From a virus, in the IMG/VR virus record IMGVR_UViG_3300002054_000060: a stretch of 64,000 bases of DNA; one strand, 5' to 3'. This document shows positions 8,496-17,120 of this stretch, one piece after another. Each line of letters begins with the position of its first letter. The first letter of the stretch is position 1. Made by a program: the position numbers and the translations under genes. The notes under the pieces were generated by a model. It searched no databases and had not been told where the DNA came from. It worked only from the letters and a program-made list of their open reading frames with translations.

Positions 8496-9089
8496 ATGGA
8501 CATTCAGGGCTTTATCGACAGCGCTCCGAAAGCAGTCCGCTTTACAGATCAACCGCCACTGAGCGTGGAGCAATTTCAAGCAATTCAGTCACCGGATGAT
8601 TTGGTGGCAATTGCCAAAGAGCTAATTCTCGTGCCGGGAAACATCGCCTGCATTGAAAACGCCAGCGCTGGCTCAGAGGAAACAAGGGCGGTGCTTATCA
8701 ACTTTGCCGTGAACTATATATCCTTCCAAAGCGCTGGCGTCAGGGGTGAGGACGCGGATTACAACGTGAGTCGGGAATGGCTCAGAGTCTTGAGGATGGC
8801 ATTTGAGGGAATCAAGGGTAGTGGGCACACCATGTCCATTGATGTAGAAGGCGACTACAACTTTCATGGATCGCCGTACAACATCAAAGTCAAATCGGCA
8901 GAAGAGCACGTACTGTGGGGAATGTGGTTCGAGGCTCTACAAACAGAGTTCTCTGGAGAGCCCTTTCCAAACAGCAGAGACTGGGATGATTATCTTGCCG
9001 ATTGTGACGCAGATGAGAAGGCTCAATTGTTGGCGGCCAGAGATCGCTTTTTGAACATGCTAAGGGAAGAGGATCGGCTGGCGTTCTAA
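8496..9089 (+). CDS. hypothetical protein, MDIQGFIDS family (1 of 2)
   Basis: N-terminus shared with the next gene. Confidence 0.8.
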   Translation: MDIQGFIDSAPKAVRFTDQPPLSVEQFQAIQSPDDLVAIAKELILVPGNIACIENASAGSEETRAVLINFAVNYISFQSAGVRGEDADYNVSREWLRVLRMAFEGIKGSGHTMSIDVEGDYNFHGSPYNIKVKSAEEHVLWGMWFEALQTEFSGEPFPNSRDWDDYLADCDADEKAQLLAARDRFLNMLREEDRLAF

Positions 9090-9127
9090 AATCCAGCGCC
9101 AACACTAACCGCACACGGACGTGCATA

Positions 9128-9139
9128 GTAACCACTCAC
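9128..9139 (+). promoter_or_regulatory. 12-bp box (GTAACCACTCAC)
   Basis: 29 bp before ATG 9157; preceded by CCGCACACGGACGTGCATA. Confidence 0.8.
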
Positions 9140-9156
9140 TCAATAGAGGAAACGTA

Positions 9157-9756
9157 ATGGACATTCAAGGCTTTATCGACAGCATTCCCAAAGATGAGAG
9201 CCTTACGTGCAACCACCCGTCACTGACGGTCGAGCAAATGCAAGCCATAAATTCGCCCGACGACTTGATACTGATTGCCAACACCTTTTGTCTGCATGAA
9301 GATGACCAGATCTTGAAAAAATACGAGCCCGAGTACCAGTTATTTCTTCGCATCAACCTCGCTCTTAATTATCTGTCAGAAGTTCGTGAGGGCGATCTGA
9401 CTGCCCCCTACATAAGCCACACCAGCGTGGGTACTCCCGCATGGCGTCGTGTTGCCAAGATTGCGTTCGACGCTATCGCGGATTTGCCCTTTGTGATGTC
9501 CACGGACGTATCCGGGCAGCATGGCTTTTGTGGCTCGCCGTGGGATGAGCCAGTTCGCACAGTGGACGATTACGTGAGAGAGGTGCTGTGGCAACGCTCT
9601 CAGGAAAACGAGCCCTGTTTTTGTGGCCCGTGGGATTCTGAGTGGAGCGGTCAGCTTGCCCACGCTGATGATGAGGAACGCAAGGCAATACTCGATAGCG
9701 AGCAAACTTATTTGGCCGCGTTGGCTGCGCAAGAGGCCATCGCACAATCAGCTTGA
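9157..9756 (+). CDS. hypothetical protein, MDIQGFIDS family (2 of 2)
   Basis: Start reset to ATG 9157 after AGAGGAAA. Confidence 0.8.
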   Translation: MDIQGFIDSIPKDESLTCNHPSLTVEQMQAINSPDDLILIANTFCLHEDDQILKKYEPEYQLFLRINLALNYLSEVREGDLTAPYISHTSVGTPAWRRVAKIAFDAIADLPFVMSTDVSGQHGFCGSPWDEPVRTVDDYVREVLWQRSQENEPCFCGPWDSEWSGQLAHADDEERKAILDSEQTYLAALAAQEAIAQSA

Positions 9757-9781
9757 CACTTACCGCACACGGACGTGCATA

Positions 9782-9793
9782 GTAATCACTCAC
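9782..9793 (+). promoter_or_regulatory. 12-bp box (GTAATCACTCAC)
   Basis: 31 bp before ATG 9813; same upstream 19-mer as the 9128 copy. Confidence 0.8.
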
Positions 9794-9812
9794 TCACATT
9801 AGGAGCAAAACA

Positions 9813-10196
9813 ATGTCACACGGCGATATTTACATTGGCGGGGCTCGCTCGCTCAAGATCACGGACGGCACCATGATCGAGCAGTGGCTCACCGACGTGC
9901 TGTATTTCGGCATGTACAAGAACTCGGGCTACCCCCACTACGACGACGGCAGCTTCGACATAACGCTGTCGATGCACCACGCACGGGAACTTACCAAAGA
10001 CTTGCGCAGCCACCAGCAATTCGAGCAATCCCGATTCGCGCTCAACGCGACAAAGGAACGACGCGAACGGTGGGCTGCACTCAACGCTGATGCGGCATGG
10101 CTGATCGAGAAGATCGAGCTTTGCAACAGGACCGGCAAGCCCGTGCGCTACGTCGGTTTCGTGGGCGCAGAGGAGCTTGAGGAGGACGCGGCATGA
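9813..10196 (+). CDS. hypothetical protein
   Basis: AGGAG SD; 127 aa. Confidence 0.75.
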   Translation: MSHGDIYIGGARSLKITDGTMIEQWLTDVLYFGMYKNSGYPHYDDGSFDITLSMHHARELTKDLRSHQQFEQSRFALNATKERRERWAALNADAAWLIEKIELCNRTGKPVRYVGFVGAEELEEDAA

Positions 10197-10471
10197 GCAC
10201 GTTGAAACCCACAATGACAAGGCTCAACTGCATCGGCGTCAACAGCAACGACTTCCCGGATGAGTTCATCGAGTCGCTGCGCGGCACTGCAGAAGAGGTG
10301 ATGGAGCGCACGCATCTACTGGTACGGGTCATGGTGGATGACCACCCGAACGTGGTCATCAACACCGACGATGCTGCGCACCACCTGGAGAAAGAGCACC
10401 CCTACGTGGCGGAGTGGTTCCGCAGCATCGAAAGGACGGTGCAGTACGTCTTTATCTCGATTGATTTCTAA
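10193..10471 (+). CDS. hypothetical protein
   Basis: ATGA overlap, GAGGAGG SD. Confidence 0.75.
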   Translation: MSTLKPTMTRLNCIGVNSNDFPDEFIESLRGTAEEVMERTHLLVRVMVDDHPNVVINTDDAAHHLEKEHPYVAEWFRSIERTVQYVFISIDF

Positions 10472-10475
10472 GGCG

Positions 10476-10700
10476 ATGACTCACTATCTCATATCGGTGC
10501 TTGCGCGCATCGTTTTGCTGCCGGCTTACTCGAGAGAGGGGCTCTGGACTATCACTCAGGCGGAATCCAAGGACGTTTACAGACCTTGGTTCTATGTCGG
10601 CAGCGTCAGCATTGAACGGCGTGGCATCGAAGTCACCGGCTTCGTCGTGATCCTATGGCGCCGCAAGGTGTCAATCGGCTGGATTGGGCGCATCGAATAA
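10476..10700 (+). CDS. hypothetical protein
   Basis: ATG 10476 just after the previous stop. Confidence 0.5.
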   Translation: MTHYLISVLARIVLLPAYSREGLWTITQAESKDVYRPWFYVGSVSIERRGIEVTGFVVILWRRKVSIGWIGRIE

Positions 10701-10730
10701 CACAACACCACCCGCGCCCCAACGCATACA

Positions 10731-10742
10731 GTAAGCACTCAC
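10731..10742 (+). promoter_or_regulatory. 12-bp box (GTAAGCACTCAC)
   Basis: 37 bp before ATG 10768. Confidence 0.8.
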
Positions 10743-10767
10743 TCACACACTATGGATCAACAAGCAA

Positions 10768-11229
10768 ATGACGGTCAAACTCACAGACGCAGAGCGCAAG
10801 GTACTTGATCGCGCCGCACGCATCATGGATAAAGCGGTGCGCGAAGCGCCACAGGAATACGTAACCAACCCAGACGCGGTGCGTGAATACTTCAAGACCC
10901 GGCTTTTTGGCAAAGAAGCAGAAGGGTTCTACATGATGATGCTGAACAACAGGCACGCTGTCATTGATATGCAACTGATGTTCCACGGCACAATAGACAG
11001 CAGTGCGGTGTACCCACGCGAGATAGTCAAGCGTGTGCTCGAATGCAACGCAGCGGCAGTCATATTTGCGCACAATCACCCAAGCGGCGTGACCATTGCG
11101 TCCGATGCGGATATCAGGATCACGCGCAAGCTCACCGATGCTCTGGCGTTGATTGACGTGCGCGTGCTGGACCACCTAATCGCTGGCAACGGCACCATCA
11201 CTTCAATGGCAGAGCAGGGGCTAATGTAA
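10768..11229 (+). CDS. radC: RadC-family JAB domain protein
   Basis: AVYPREIVKR...AHNHPSG...SDADIRITRKL..AL.LIDVRVLDHLI signature. Confidence 0.95.
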   Translation: MTVKLTDAERKVLDRAARIMDKAVREAPQEYVTNPDAVREYFKTRLFGKEAEGFYMMMLNNRHAVIDMQLMFHGTIDSSAVYPREIVKRVLECNAAAVIFAHNHPSGVTIASDADIRITRKLTDALALIDVRVLDHLIAGNGTITSMAEQGLM

Positions 11230-11537
11230 TGCAACAGGCAGCTACAGCACGCAAAACTAGAGGGCGCGTCTCCGCGGGACCCATCCCGACACATTGGGTG
11301 ATCACCGTGGACGAACAGCCCAAGAGCGCGCAGGCGTTCGGTGACTGGTCAAGCTCGCCGATCGCTATTTTCGATGACGAGCAGATAGCGGAGCGTTACC
11401 TGTATCGGATGCGCTCAACGATGAAAGCCTGGATACACGAATGGTCCGGGCAATGCCCCAAGAACTACCGGTACAAGCTAAGCAAAGTACCTATGTCAGT
11501 CGGGACGTGTCGAGCCACAGGGGGGCGTTTTTTGTAA
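11229..11537 (+). CDS. hypothetical protein
   Basis: TAATG coupling to radC. Confidence 0.6.
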   Translation: MQQAATARKTRGRVSAGPIPTHWVITVDEQPKSAQAFGDWSSSPIAIFDDEQIAERYLYRMRSTMKAWIHEWSGQCPKNYRYKLSKVPMSVGTCRATGGRFL

Positions 11538-11562
11538 CAACGCCCTTGGTGTGGCTCGTATA

Positions 11563-11574
11563 GTAACCACTCAC
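11563..11574 (+). promoter_or_regulatory. 12-bp box (GTAACCACTCAC)
   Basis: 36 bp before ATG 11599. Confidence 0.8.
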
Positions 11575-11598
11575 TTACACACTACAGAGGAAATTCAC

Positions 11599-12105
11599 AT
11601 GTCGGCATGGATGTGCAACAACAGCACGATCTCCGCGGTTGCTTATGCGATTGTTGAGGAGAGGCTCCACACAGCCGGTGGTTTTGTAGCCGTCAGCGAC
11701 GTACATGAGTCACTGGTGTTCGAGAATATCCGGTCACTTAAGCATCGCTACGGCGACAGAGCTGACGGCATGATCGAAGAGTACGATCACGTCACTGCGG
11801 CAGAAGCGCTACCAGCGCTTGAGCCACACGATATTCGGTCACTCGCCAATTGCTTGTACTACCAGAGCTGTGAACACCCGGAGTACGAGAGCAGCCCCGG
11901 GTGCGAAGTCACCAAGGCGCTGATTGACCTCATTGAAAAGCGCTTTGCTGACAAGGGCATTGACAAGGACCGGATCCCTGATGGCCCTTGGGGGTTGACT
12001 GAATTGACTGCGGTATCAAAGCGCAGCTTTTTTGACCTGACAAAGCCAGAGAACCGGGAAACCAAAGCTGCGCTCAAGTCGATCGGCTTGACGCTCGCTT
12101 ACTAG
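11599..12105 (+). CDS. hypothetical phage protein
   Basis: MSAWMCNN...ENIRSLKHRY...CLYYQSCEHPEY; start after AGAGGAAA. Confidence 0.8.
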   Translation: MSAWMCNNSTISAVAYAIVEERLHTAGGFVAVSDVHESLVFENIRSLKHRYGDRADGMIEEYDHVTAAEALPALEPHDIRSLANCLYYQSCEHPEYESSPGCEVTKALIDLIEKRFADKGIDKDRIPDGPWGLTELTAVSKRSFFDLTKPENRETKAALKSIGLTLAY

Positions 12106-12182
12106 CAGTACCCCACTATCCCCACGTTGCTACCGACAGCAGCGTGGGGCTTACAGCCACCCACACAACAAAGGGAAATATC

Positions 12183-12593
12183 ATGCCAGACAACAGCACA
12201 GTTACTCACGGGGCTTTGCGTGAGCAGATTCAAAAGCATCTTGATGTCACCGTCAACGACATCATCACGCAGTACGGTCACGACGACCTTGAGGACGATG
12301 AGGAGCGCGAACCGCTAATACGCAGAGTCAAGCACGAAGAGCTAATCGTGCAGGGCATGATAGACCTGCTGGGCAGCATCAATGGCGACACCTCGTTCGA
12401 TATTGGACTGGTCGCAATGGGTGAAAGTGTCGAGAAAGAGCTGCACTTCAAAGGCGTTGTGTTGATTAACTCCGGCGACCAGTTCGGACGCGCCCTTGTT
12501 GAGCACCTGCTGGTGGTGCGCCTGAAAGCAATGGAGCTGGAAATAAAAGAGATGTTAAGGCTCATTCCTGATGATTTCAGTGACCGAGATTGA
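12183..12593 (+). CDS. hypothetical protein
   Basis: Start reset to ATG 12183 after AAGGGAAA. Confidence 0.7.
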   Translation: MPDNSTVTHGALREQIQKHLDVTVNDIITQYGHDDLEDDEEREPLIRRVKHEELIVQGMIDLLGSINGDTSFDIGLVAMGESVEKELHFKGVVLINSGDQFGRALVEHLLVVRLKAMELEIKEMLRLIPDDFSDRD

Positions 12594-12627
12594 CGCCCAC
12601 CCACACACTAACGGGAGACACACTCAC

Positions 12628-12987
12628 ATGGGACTGGACGCATTTGTACACACGCGAAATGAGCCGATCGAAGATGATGTTGATTTTGAAGCCATGAAGG
12701 GCGACGAACAATTCTTTCACTGGAAGAACCACTACGCCTTGGATTCGTGGTTGGTTAACCTCTACAACAAGCGTTGCGGCACTGGCAGTTGGAACGGCGA
12801 TCTGTTGCAGCTACGCCTGGGTGACATCAATCAGCTTGAAAGGGCGCTCGATTTCGGTGATCTAGCCAAGATCCCGGAATTTGGCGAATGGGCTGCCGAG
12901 TATGCAGATCAAGACAGGGAGTTCATCAAACTGGCACGCGATGCGATCAAGTCGGGTCTTTCGCTCTACTACTTCAACTGGTATTGA
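12628..12987 (+). CDS. hypothetical phage protein, MGLD...W family (paralog of 5945..6316)
   Basis: MGLDAF...FFHWKNHYALDSWLVNLY...LYYFNWY. Confidence 0.75.
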   Translation: MGLDAFVHTRNEPIEDDVDFEAMKGDEQFFHWKNHYALDSWLVNLYNKRCGTGSWNGDLLQLRLGDINQLERALDFGDLAKIPEFGEWAAEYADQDREFIKLARDAIKSGLSLYYFNWY

Positions 12988-12995
12988 GGCCGACC

Positions 12996-13400
12996 ATGAG
13001 CCATATCAAACTGTACGCCACCACGCGGTCGCTCATAGAGGGCCAGGTGGTTGAGCCAAGCGCCGCTGACAAGCTAGTGTTGGAGTTGCCCTACGACATC
13101 ATGCTGCACTTTACAGCGGTGGCTTTTCACATAGAACAGTTCACTGAGAGCGAATCACTGCCGGAAGCTCACGCAATACGGCTATGCGTCGCTCGCGCCT
13201 TCATTGATTTTATGGAAGAGCGCATGAACGCGGCCAGTGACAAAGCCTTGGAGATATTTTCCGATGACGAGAAGTTCTCGAAAAAGGCGATCACCGAGCA
13301 AATTGATTTCATCAAGCGCGGCGTCAAGCTCGAAAGCTCAATGAAGTCCACGCCGGTGCTGGGCTTGTGCCTGTACCTGGACGTAGCAGCGCCTGATTAA
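12996..13400 (+). CDS. hypothetical protein
   Basis: ATG 12996 after GAGG. Confidence 0.7.
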   Translation: MSHIKLYATTRSLIEGQVVEPSAADKLVLELPYDIMLHFTAVAFHIEQFTESESLPEAHAIRLCVARAFIDFMEERMNAASDKALEIFSDDEKFSKKAITEQIDFIKRGVKLESSMKSTPVLGLCLYLDVAAPD

Positions 13401-13427
13401 AACCAACAACACTGACCGGAGAAAACC

Positions 13428-13895
13428 ATGAGCGAAGCAGAAGATCGATTCACGGCAGAGAACCTGGAGACACTTGCTGACTTCATTGAAAAGCACGCAC
13501 CGCAAGAGCAGATCGACATGGAAGCCTACGTGTCACGCGAGGGAGAAGTTCTTGATTCAGACGTGGTCCCGAGCAATCTGCATTGTCTGGTCGATATAGG
13601 CGACACAACGCCGCCGACACTGGGGGACATACACGAGTGCGGCACTTGCTTCTGCGCTGTTGGCTGGGAGGCTGTGCGCTCTCCAGAAGCGGCTGCCAAG
13701 TGCAATAACTGGGAAGATTTGCAAGTAATGCAGTTCCCGGGCACTGAAGAGGTAGTGCTGCACGACAGTAAGCGCGGTATGGCTTTGTCCGGGGACGACT
13801 ACTGCTTCGGTGGCGAGCAAAGCAGAGACAAGGCAGACGTAATTAGCCGACTACGCGAGGTGGCCCAAGTGCTGCGGGGCAGATTGCCAGCGTAA
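13428..13895 (+). CDS. hypothetical protein, family B (NLE.LADFIE) 1 of 3
   Basis: ENLETLADFIE; CGTCFCAVGWEA; YCFGGEQS. Confidence 0.8.
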   Translation: MSEAEDRFTAENLETLADFIEKHAPQEQIDMEAYVSREGEVLDSDVVPSNLHCLVDIGDTTPPTLGDIHECGTCFCAVGWEAVRSPEAAAKCNNWEDLQVMQFPGTEEVVLHDSKRGMALSGDDYCFGGEQSRDKADVISRLREVAQVLRGRLPA

Positions 13896-13931
13896 CAATT
13901 CATTACCCACACTTACACACCGGAGAAACCC

Positions 13932-14195
13932 ATGAACACAAGAGAGCGAGGAGCACTAACCGCGCAGAATTTGATCGACCTGGCGGATTTCATCGAGCTG
14001 CAGTTTCAGAACCTGGATGGGTTCCACATGCGCAACGAGTATGAGGACGGCGATCTTACAGACGCCTACCACTACTGCTTCGGTGGCGCTCAGACAAGCA
14101 CCAAGTCGGCAGTCATCGGGCGCTTGCGCAGAACCGCTGATTTGATTAAGGAAGAGCTCGAGACAGAGCGTGCCGCGGAGCTTGCTGCTAGCTAG
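13932..14195 (+). CDS. hypothetical protein, family B 2 of 3 (central domain missing)
   Basis: QNLIDLADFIE and YCFGGAQT present; CGT.FCA core absent. Confidence 0.7.
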   Translation: MNTRERGALTAQNLIDLADFIELQFQNLDGFHMRNEYEDGDLTDAYHYCFGGAQTSTKSAVIGRLRRTADLIKEELETERAAELAAS

Positions 14196-14226
14196 CACCA
14201 ACACTGACCGCATCCTGTGGCACATA

Positions 14227-14238
14227 GTAACCACTCAC
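14227..14238 (+). promoter_or_regulatory. 12-bp box (GTAACCACTCAC)
   Basis: 35 bp before ATG 14262. Confidence 0.8.
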
Positions 14239-14261
14239 TCACTTGTTGCAGGATATTTGGC

Positions 14262-14642
14262 ATGGCTACCCCACGACGGCATTCCGCAGTGTTCTACTTT
14301 GAAGGAGCAGAGCAGGACGGTGCCCACCCCACGCTTCACACAATGAGCCACAACGATCCGGTGGCTTACTTTGAGTGGTTGCGTGCGCTGAACGCATACG
14401 TGACAGACAAGAGCGACACGCCAGAGTCCAGGGTCAAGGGACTCATTCGCAAGATCAGAAAGGACGGTGACTGGTTCGTGGGCGAGTCCGGTGACTCCTA
14501 CGCTGACCAGTCACTCGCCATCGTGAAAGGGCGTGCCAAACCCCATGCACGGTTCGTCTACTGCTTGCACGAGAACGGGGACGTTTCCGTGTGCCACGTT
14601 CGCAAGCAAGCGCGGCATCGCGCAATGGTTGGCGAGCAGTAA
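14262..14642 (+). CDS. hypothetical protein
   Basis: Start reset to ATG 14262 after CAGGA. Confidence 0.7.
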   Translation: MATPRRHSAVFYFEGAEQDGAHPTLHTMSHNDPVAYFEWLRALNAYVTDKSDTPESRVKGLIRKIRKDGDWFVGESGDSYADQSLAIVKGRAKPHARFVYCLHENGDVSVCHVRKQARHRAMVGEQ

Positions 14643-14671
14643 TCACCCACATACTTACCGGAGAAAACACC

Positions 14672-15148
14672 ATGCAAGACTCACTGATGCTGAAAACGGC
14701 AGATAACCTGGAGTTGCTAGCCGACTTCATAGAAGAGCACGCTGAGCCGGAATCGATTGACATGAGTTGGTACGTCACAGGCTATTACGGCAGCTCGATG
14801 CCAACTCAGCCTCTTCAAACTCGTGAACTCATCGAAAAGCTTACCAAGGTGCAGCTAGACAAAAAAGCACCCATTACTAGCGAGCACATGAATAATTGCG
14901 GTACATCCTTCTGCGCACTCGGGTGGGAAGCGCTGCGTGCGCCCAAGGTCGCAAGTTGGTACAGCGATTGGGTAAAGTTCCGGCAGCAGCAGTTCCCTGC
15001 GCTGGACGAGCTGGATATCAACGACGAGTTTGCCGTTGACTACTGTTTTGGCGCCGAGCAAAGCAGTAACAAAGAAGATGTGCTGGCTCGGTTGCGCCAC
15101 GCTGCCGGGGTGGTGCGCGGCAACGTTGGAATGGAAGCAACGCCCTGA
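14672..15148 (+). CDS. hypothetical protein, family B 3 of 3
   Basis: DNLELLADFIE; CGTSFCALGWEA; YCFGAEQS. Confidence 0.8.
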   Translation: MQDSLMLKTADNLELLADFIEEHAEPESIDMSWYVTGYYGSSMPTQPLQTRELIEKLTKVQLDKKAPITSEHMNNCGTSFCALGWEALRAPKVASWYSDWVKFRQQQFPALDELDINDEFAVDYCFGAEQSSNKEDVLARLRHAAGVVRGNVGMEATP

Positions 15149-15162
15149 CACCAGCTCTTATA

Positions 15163-15174
15163 GTAAACACTCAC
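15163..15174 (+). promoter_or_regulatory. 12-bp box (GTAAACACTCAC)
   Basis: 34 bp before ATG 15197. Confidence 0.8.
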
Positions 15175-15196
15175 TCGCATTACACAGGAAAATCAA

Positions 15197-15418
15197 ATGG
15201 CTAGGGTCAGCAACGAAAGAATACGAGCGGTCTTTCTGGAGAACATCACCAGCACCACTGAATCGGTGAGTTGGCAGGATATTGTCGTATCAATGAAAGC
15301 AGCAGGATTCTCCGGTAATTGGTTGCGAGTCCGCGGCGTGCTGCAAGGACTCAAAGATGAGGGCATCGTCAGGCGCATCGACAGCATTCACGTTGAAGAG
15401 TTCGTACTTACCGAGTAA
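15197..15418 (+). CDS. small protein, possible winged helix
   Basis: Leader plus 73-aa ORF; VRGVLQGLKDEGIV-like helix. Confidence 0.65.
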   Translation: MARVSNERIRAVFLENITSTTESVSWQDIVVSMKAAGFSGNWLRVRGVLQGLKDEGIVRRIDSIHVEEFVLTE

Positions 15419-15457
15419 AGAAACAGAACCAGCACCACCCGCACATGGAAGTGCATA

Positions 15458-15469
15458 GTAACAACTCAC
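15458..15469 (+). promoter_or_regulatory. 12-bp box (GTAACAACTCAC)
   Basis: 36 bp before ATG 15494; preceded by CCGCACATGGAAGTGCATA. Confidence 0.75.
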
Positions 15470-15493
15470 TCGCACTACAAAGGAATCCAAGAC

Positions 15494-15808
15494 ATGAAAA
15501 AGGCCAAGATCATCAAAGCGATCGCCGCAGACTTAAAGCATTACGCGAGAGTTCACATCAACTACGAGGTAACGCTATCGCAGGGCGAACCGCACTCTTA
15601 CGAGTGGCTTGAAAACATGCAGGATGTAGCCAAGTACCGGGACATCCTGCTGGGACGCGCAGAGGGCATTTGGACGGTGCTCTACGCTTTGGACGCGCAG
15701 GCCATTGGGCTTGACGGACGCATTCTGAGGGGTCCGGACGATTACGTGCATTACGTGATCGCCCAGTGCGTCAAACCGGTTGAGGCAAACAGAGCAGCAA
15801 GGGCGTAA
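15494..15808 (+). CDS. hypothetical protein
   Basis: Leader, AAGGA SD. Confidence 0.75.
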   Translation: MKKAKIIKAIAADLKHYARVHINYEVTLSQGEPHSYEWLENMQDVAKYRDILLGRAEGIWTVLYALDAQAIGLDGRILRGPDDYVHYVIAQCVKPVEANRAARA

Positions 15809-15833
15809 CTCTTACCTGAGTCCAGCTCTTATA

Positions 15834-15845
15834 GTAACCACTCAC
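15834..15845 (+). promoter_or_regulatory. 12-bp box (GTAACCACTCAC)
   Basis: 38 bp before ATG 15872. Confidence 0.8.
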
Positions 15846-15871
15846 TCACTCGCACTACACAGGAAATCACC

Positions 15872-16498
15872 ATGAGCACCGACACCGCCACAGAAATGAC
15901 CGACATCCGCGTTGCGTTCCTCAAGGAGAACGCCACATGGTCCGGGTTCTACCACTCACTCAAAGAACAGTTCGATCGCAAGGGGTATCTGTCCCCGAAG
16001 CAAATCGCGTGCATCGACAAGGGCATTGCCAAAGCCCAAACCAAAGACAAGGCAAACGACAAGGTTGCCAACAGCTTTGATGGCACCCAACTCGCCCAGG
16101 CGTTCGAGACCGCGATGCTGGGTGGCCTCAAAAGACCCAAGATCGCTGTGCGCGGTTACACGTTCTCCATTGCCAGCCAGCAGTCACGCAACGCAGGGAT
16201 GATCTACGTGAAGCGCCAAGACGACGAGGCTTATCTCGGCAAGATGACAGCGGATGGCACATCGTTTTATCCGACCCGAGCGTGTAGCGAGCACGACACA
16301 GCGCAGATCAACTTCCAACTCCGGGATCCCATCCAATCAGCGCTTGCCTACGCGCACGAGACCGGCAGTTGCTTTGCGTGCCACCGGGAGCTCACCCAGC
16401 CGGCCAGCATCGCTGCTGGGTGCGGCGCAACGTGCGCCAGTCGCTACGGTATCGAGTACGATGCCAGCTTGAACGACACTCAGAGGAGCGCGGCATGA
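15872..16498 (+). CDS. DUF6011-like zinc-finger protein
   Basis: C-terminal CFACHRELT...SIAAGCGATCA and N-terminal SLKEQF..KGYLSPKQ. Confidence 0.7.
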   Translation: MSTDTATEMTDIRVAFLKENATWSGFYHSLKEQFDRKGYLSPKQIACIDKGIAKAQTKDKANDKVANSFDGTQLAQAFETAMLGGLKRPKIAVRGYTFSIASQQSRNAGMIYVKRQDDEAYLGKMTADGTSFYPTRACSEHDTAQINFQLRDPIQSALAYAHETGSCFACHRELTQPASIAAGCGATCASRYGIEYDASLNDTQRSAA

Positions 16499-17112
16499 AT
16501 CTCTTCAAGGCACTCAGTAAGGACTTACTCAACATGGCTGGCAATCGGTATCACTCAAACCAGGGGTCCAACCGTAAGCCCTTGGTGAATCCCCCTCTGA
16601 GACGCACCGCGCCGCTTGACGATGGGCGTTATCGCACCGTGCATGTGCTGTCACCGTTGGGGCAACCGTTGAGCTGGCATGTGGCGCCGCTCGAGAAGCT
16701 GCAGGGTGCCACCTACGCCCAGTATTGGATCCAGGGCATGAGCTGGGTACCGCAAGCTGGGGATCATCTCAGTCCGTTTGGGAGTGTGTACCGGATAATG
16801 GTGGACAAGCTCGACCCTATTTCCCACGGAGGCGAATCCCCCGCGTTGCGCGTCATGGTTTACGAGTTACCGATGACGACCCCACAGGGGGAACCCAGCA
16901 CCGTCGCTGTAATGGACATGCCACGTTGGGCCCGGCAGTGCATCACCACAAACCAGGCAGAGCAGCTCGCTTACGCCGCCATGCACTTCGCGGGGCACAC
17001 CGAGCGTTACCAAGCCACGAAACACAACGGGGGTCACCCCCACACGGTACACACGCTGGGTCGCCGGGCTGTGAACCTGAACCTGCGTAGCGACAAGCCA
17101 GCAAAACAGTAA
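16495..17112 (+). CDS. hypothetical protein
   Basis: ATGA overlap, GAGGAG SD; start reset to 16495. Confidence 0.65.
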   Translation: MNLFKALSKDLLNMAGNRYHSNQGSNRKPLVNPPLRRTAPLDDGRYRTVHVLSPLGQPLSWHVAPLEKLQGATYAQYWIQGMSWVPQAGDHLSPFGSVYRIMVDKLDPISHGGESPALRVMVYELPMTTPQGEPSTVAVMDMPRWARQCITTNQAEQLAYAAMHFAGHTERYQATKHNGGHPHTVHTLGRRAVNLNLRSDKPAKQ

Positions 17113-17120
17113 GCACTTAC
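17109..17120. promoter_or_regulatory. 12-bp box, symmetric form GTAAGCACTTAC
   Basis: Closes the early array at the edge of the non-coding region. Confidence 0.75.

Noticed and set aside
9753-9783. Sigma70 promoter TTGACA-19-CATAGT as a model for all early leaders
   Set aside because: The spacer is long and no equivalent -35 exists at the other leaders.
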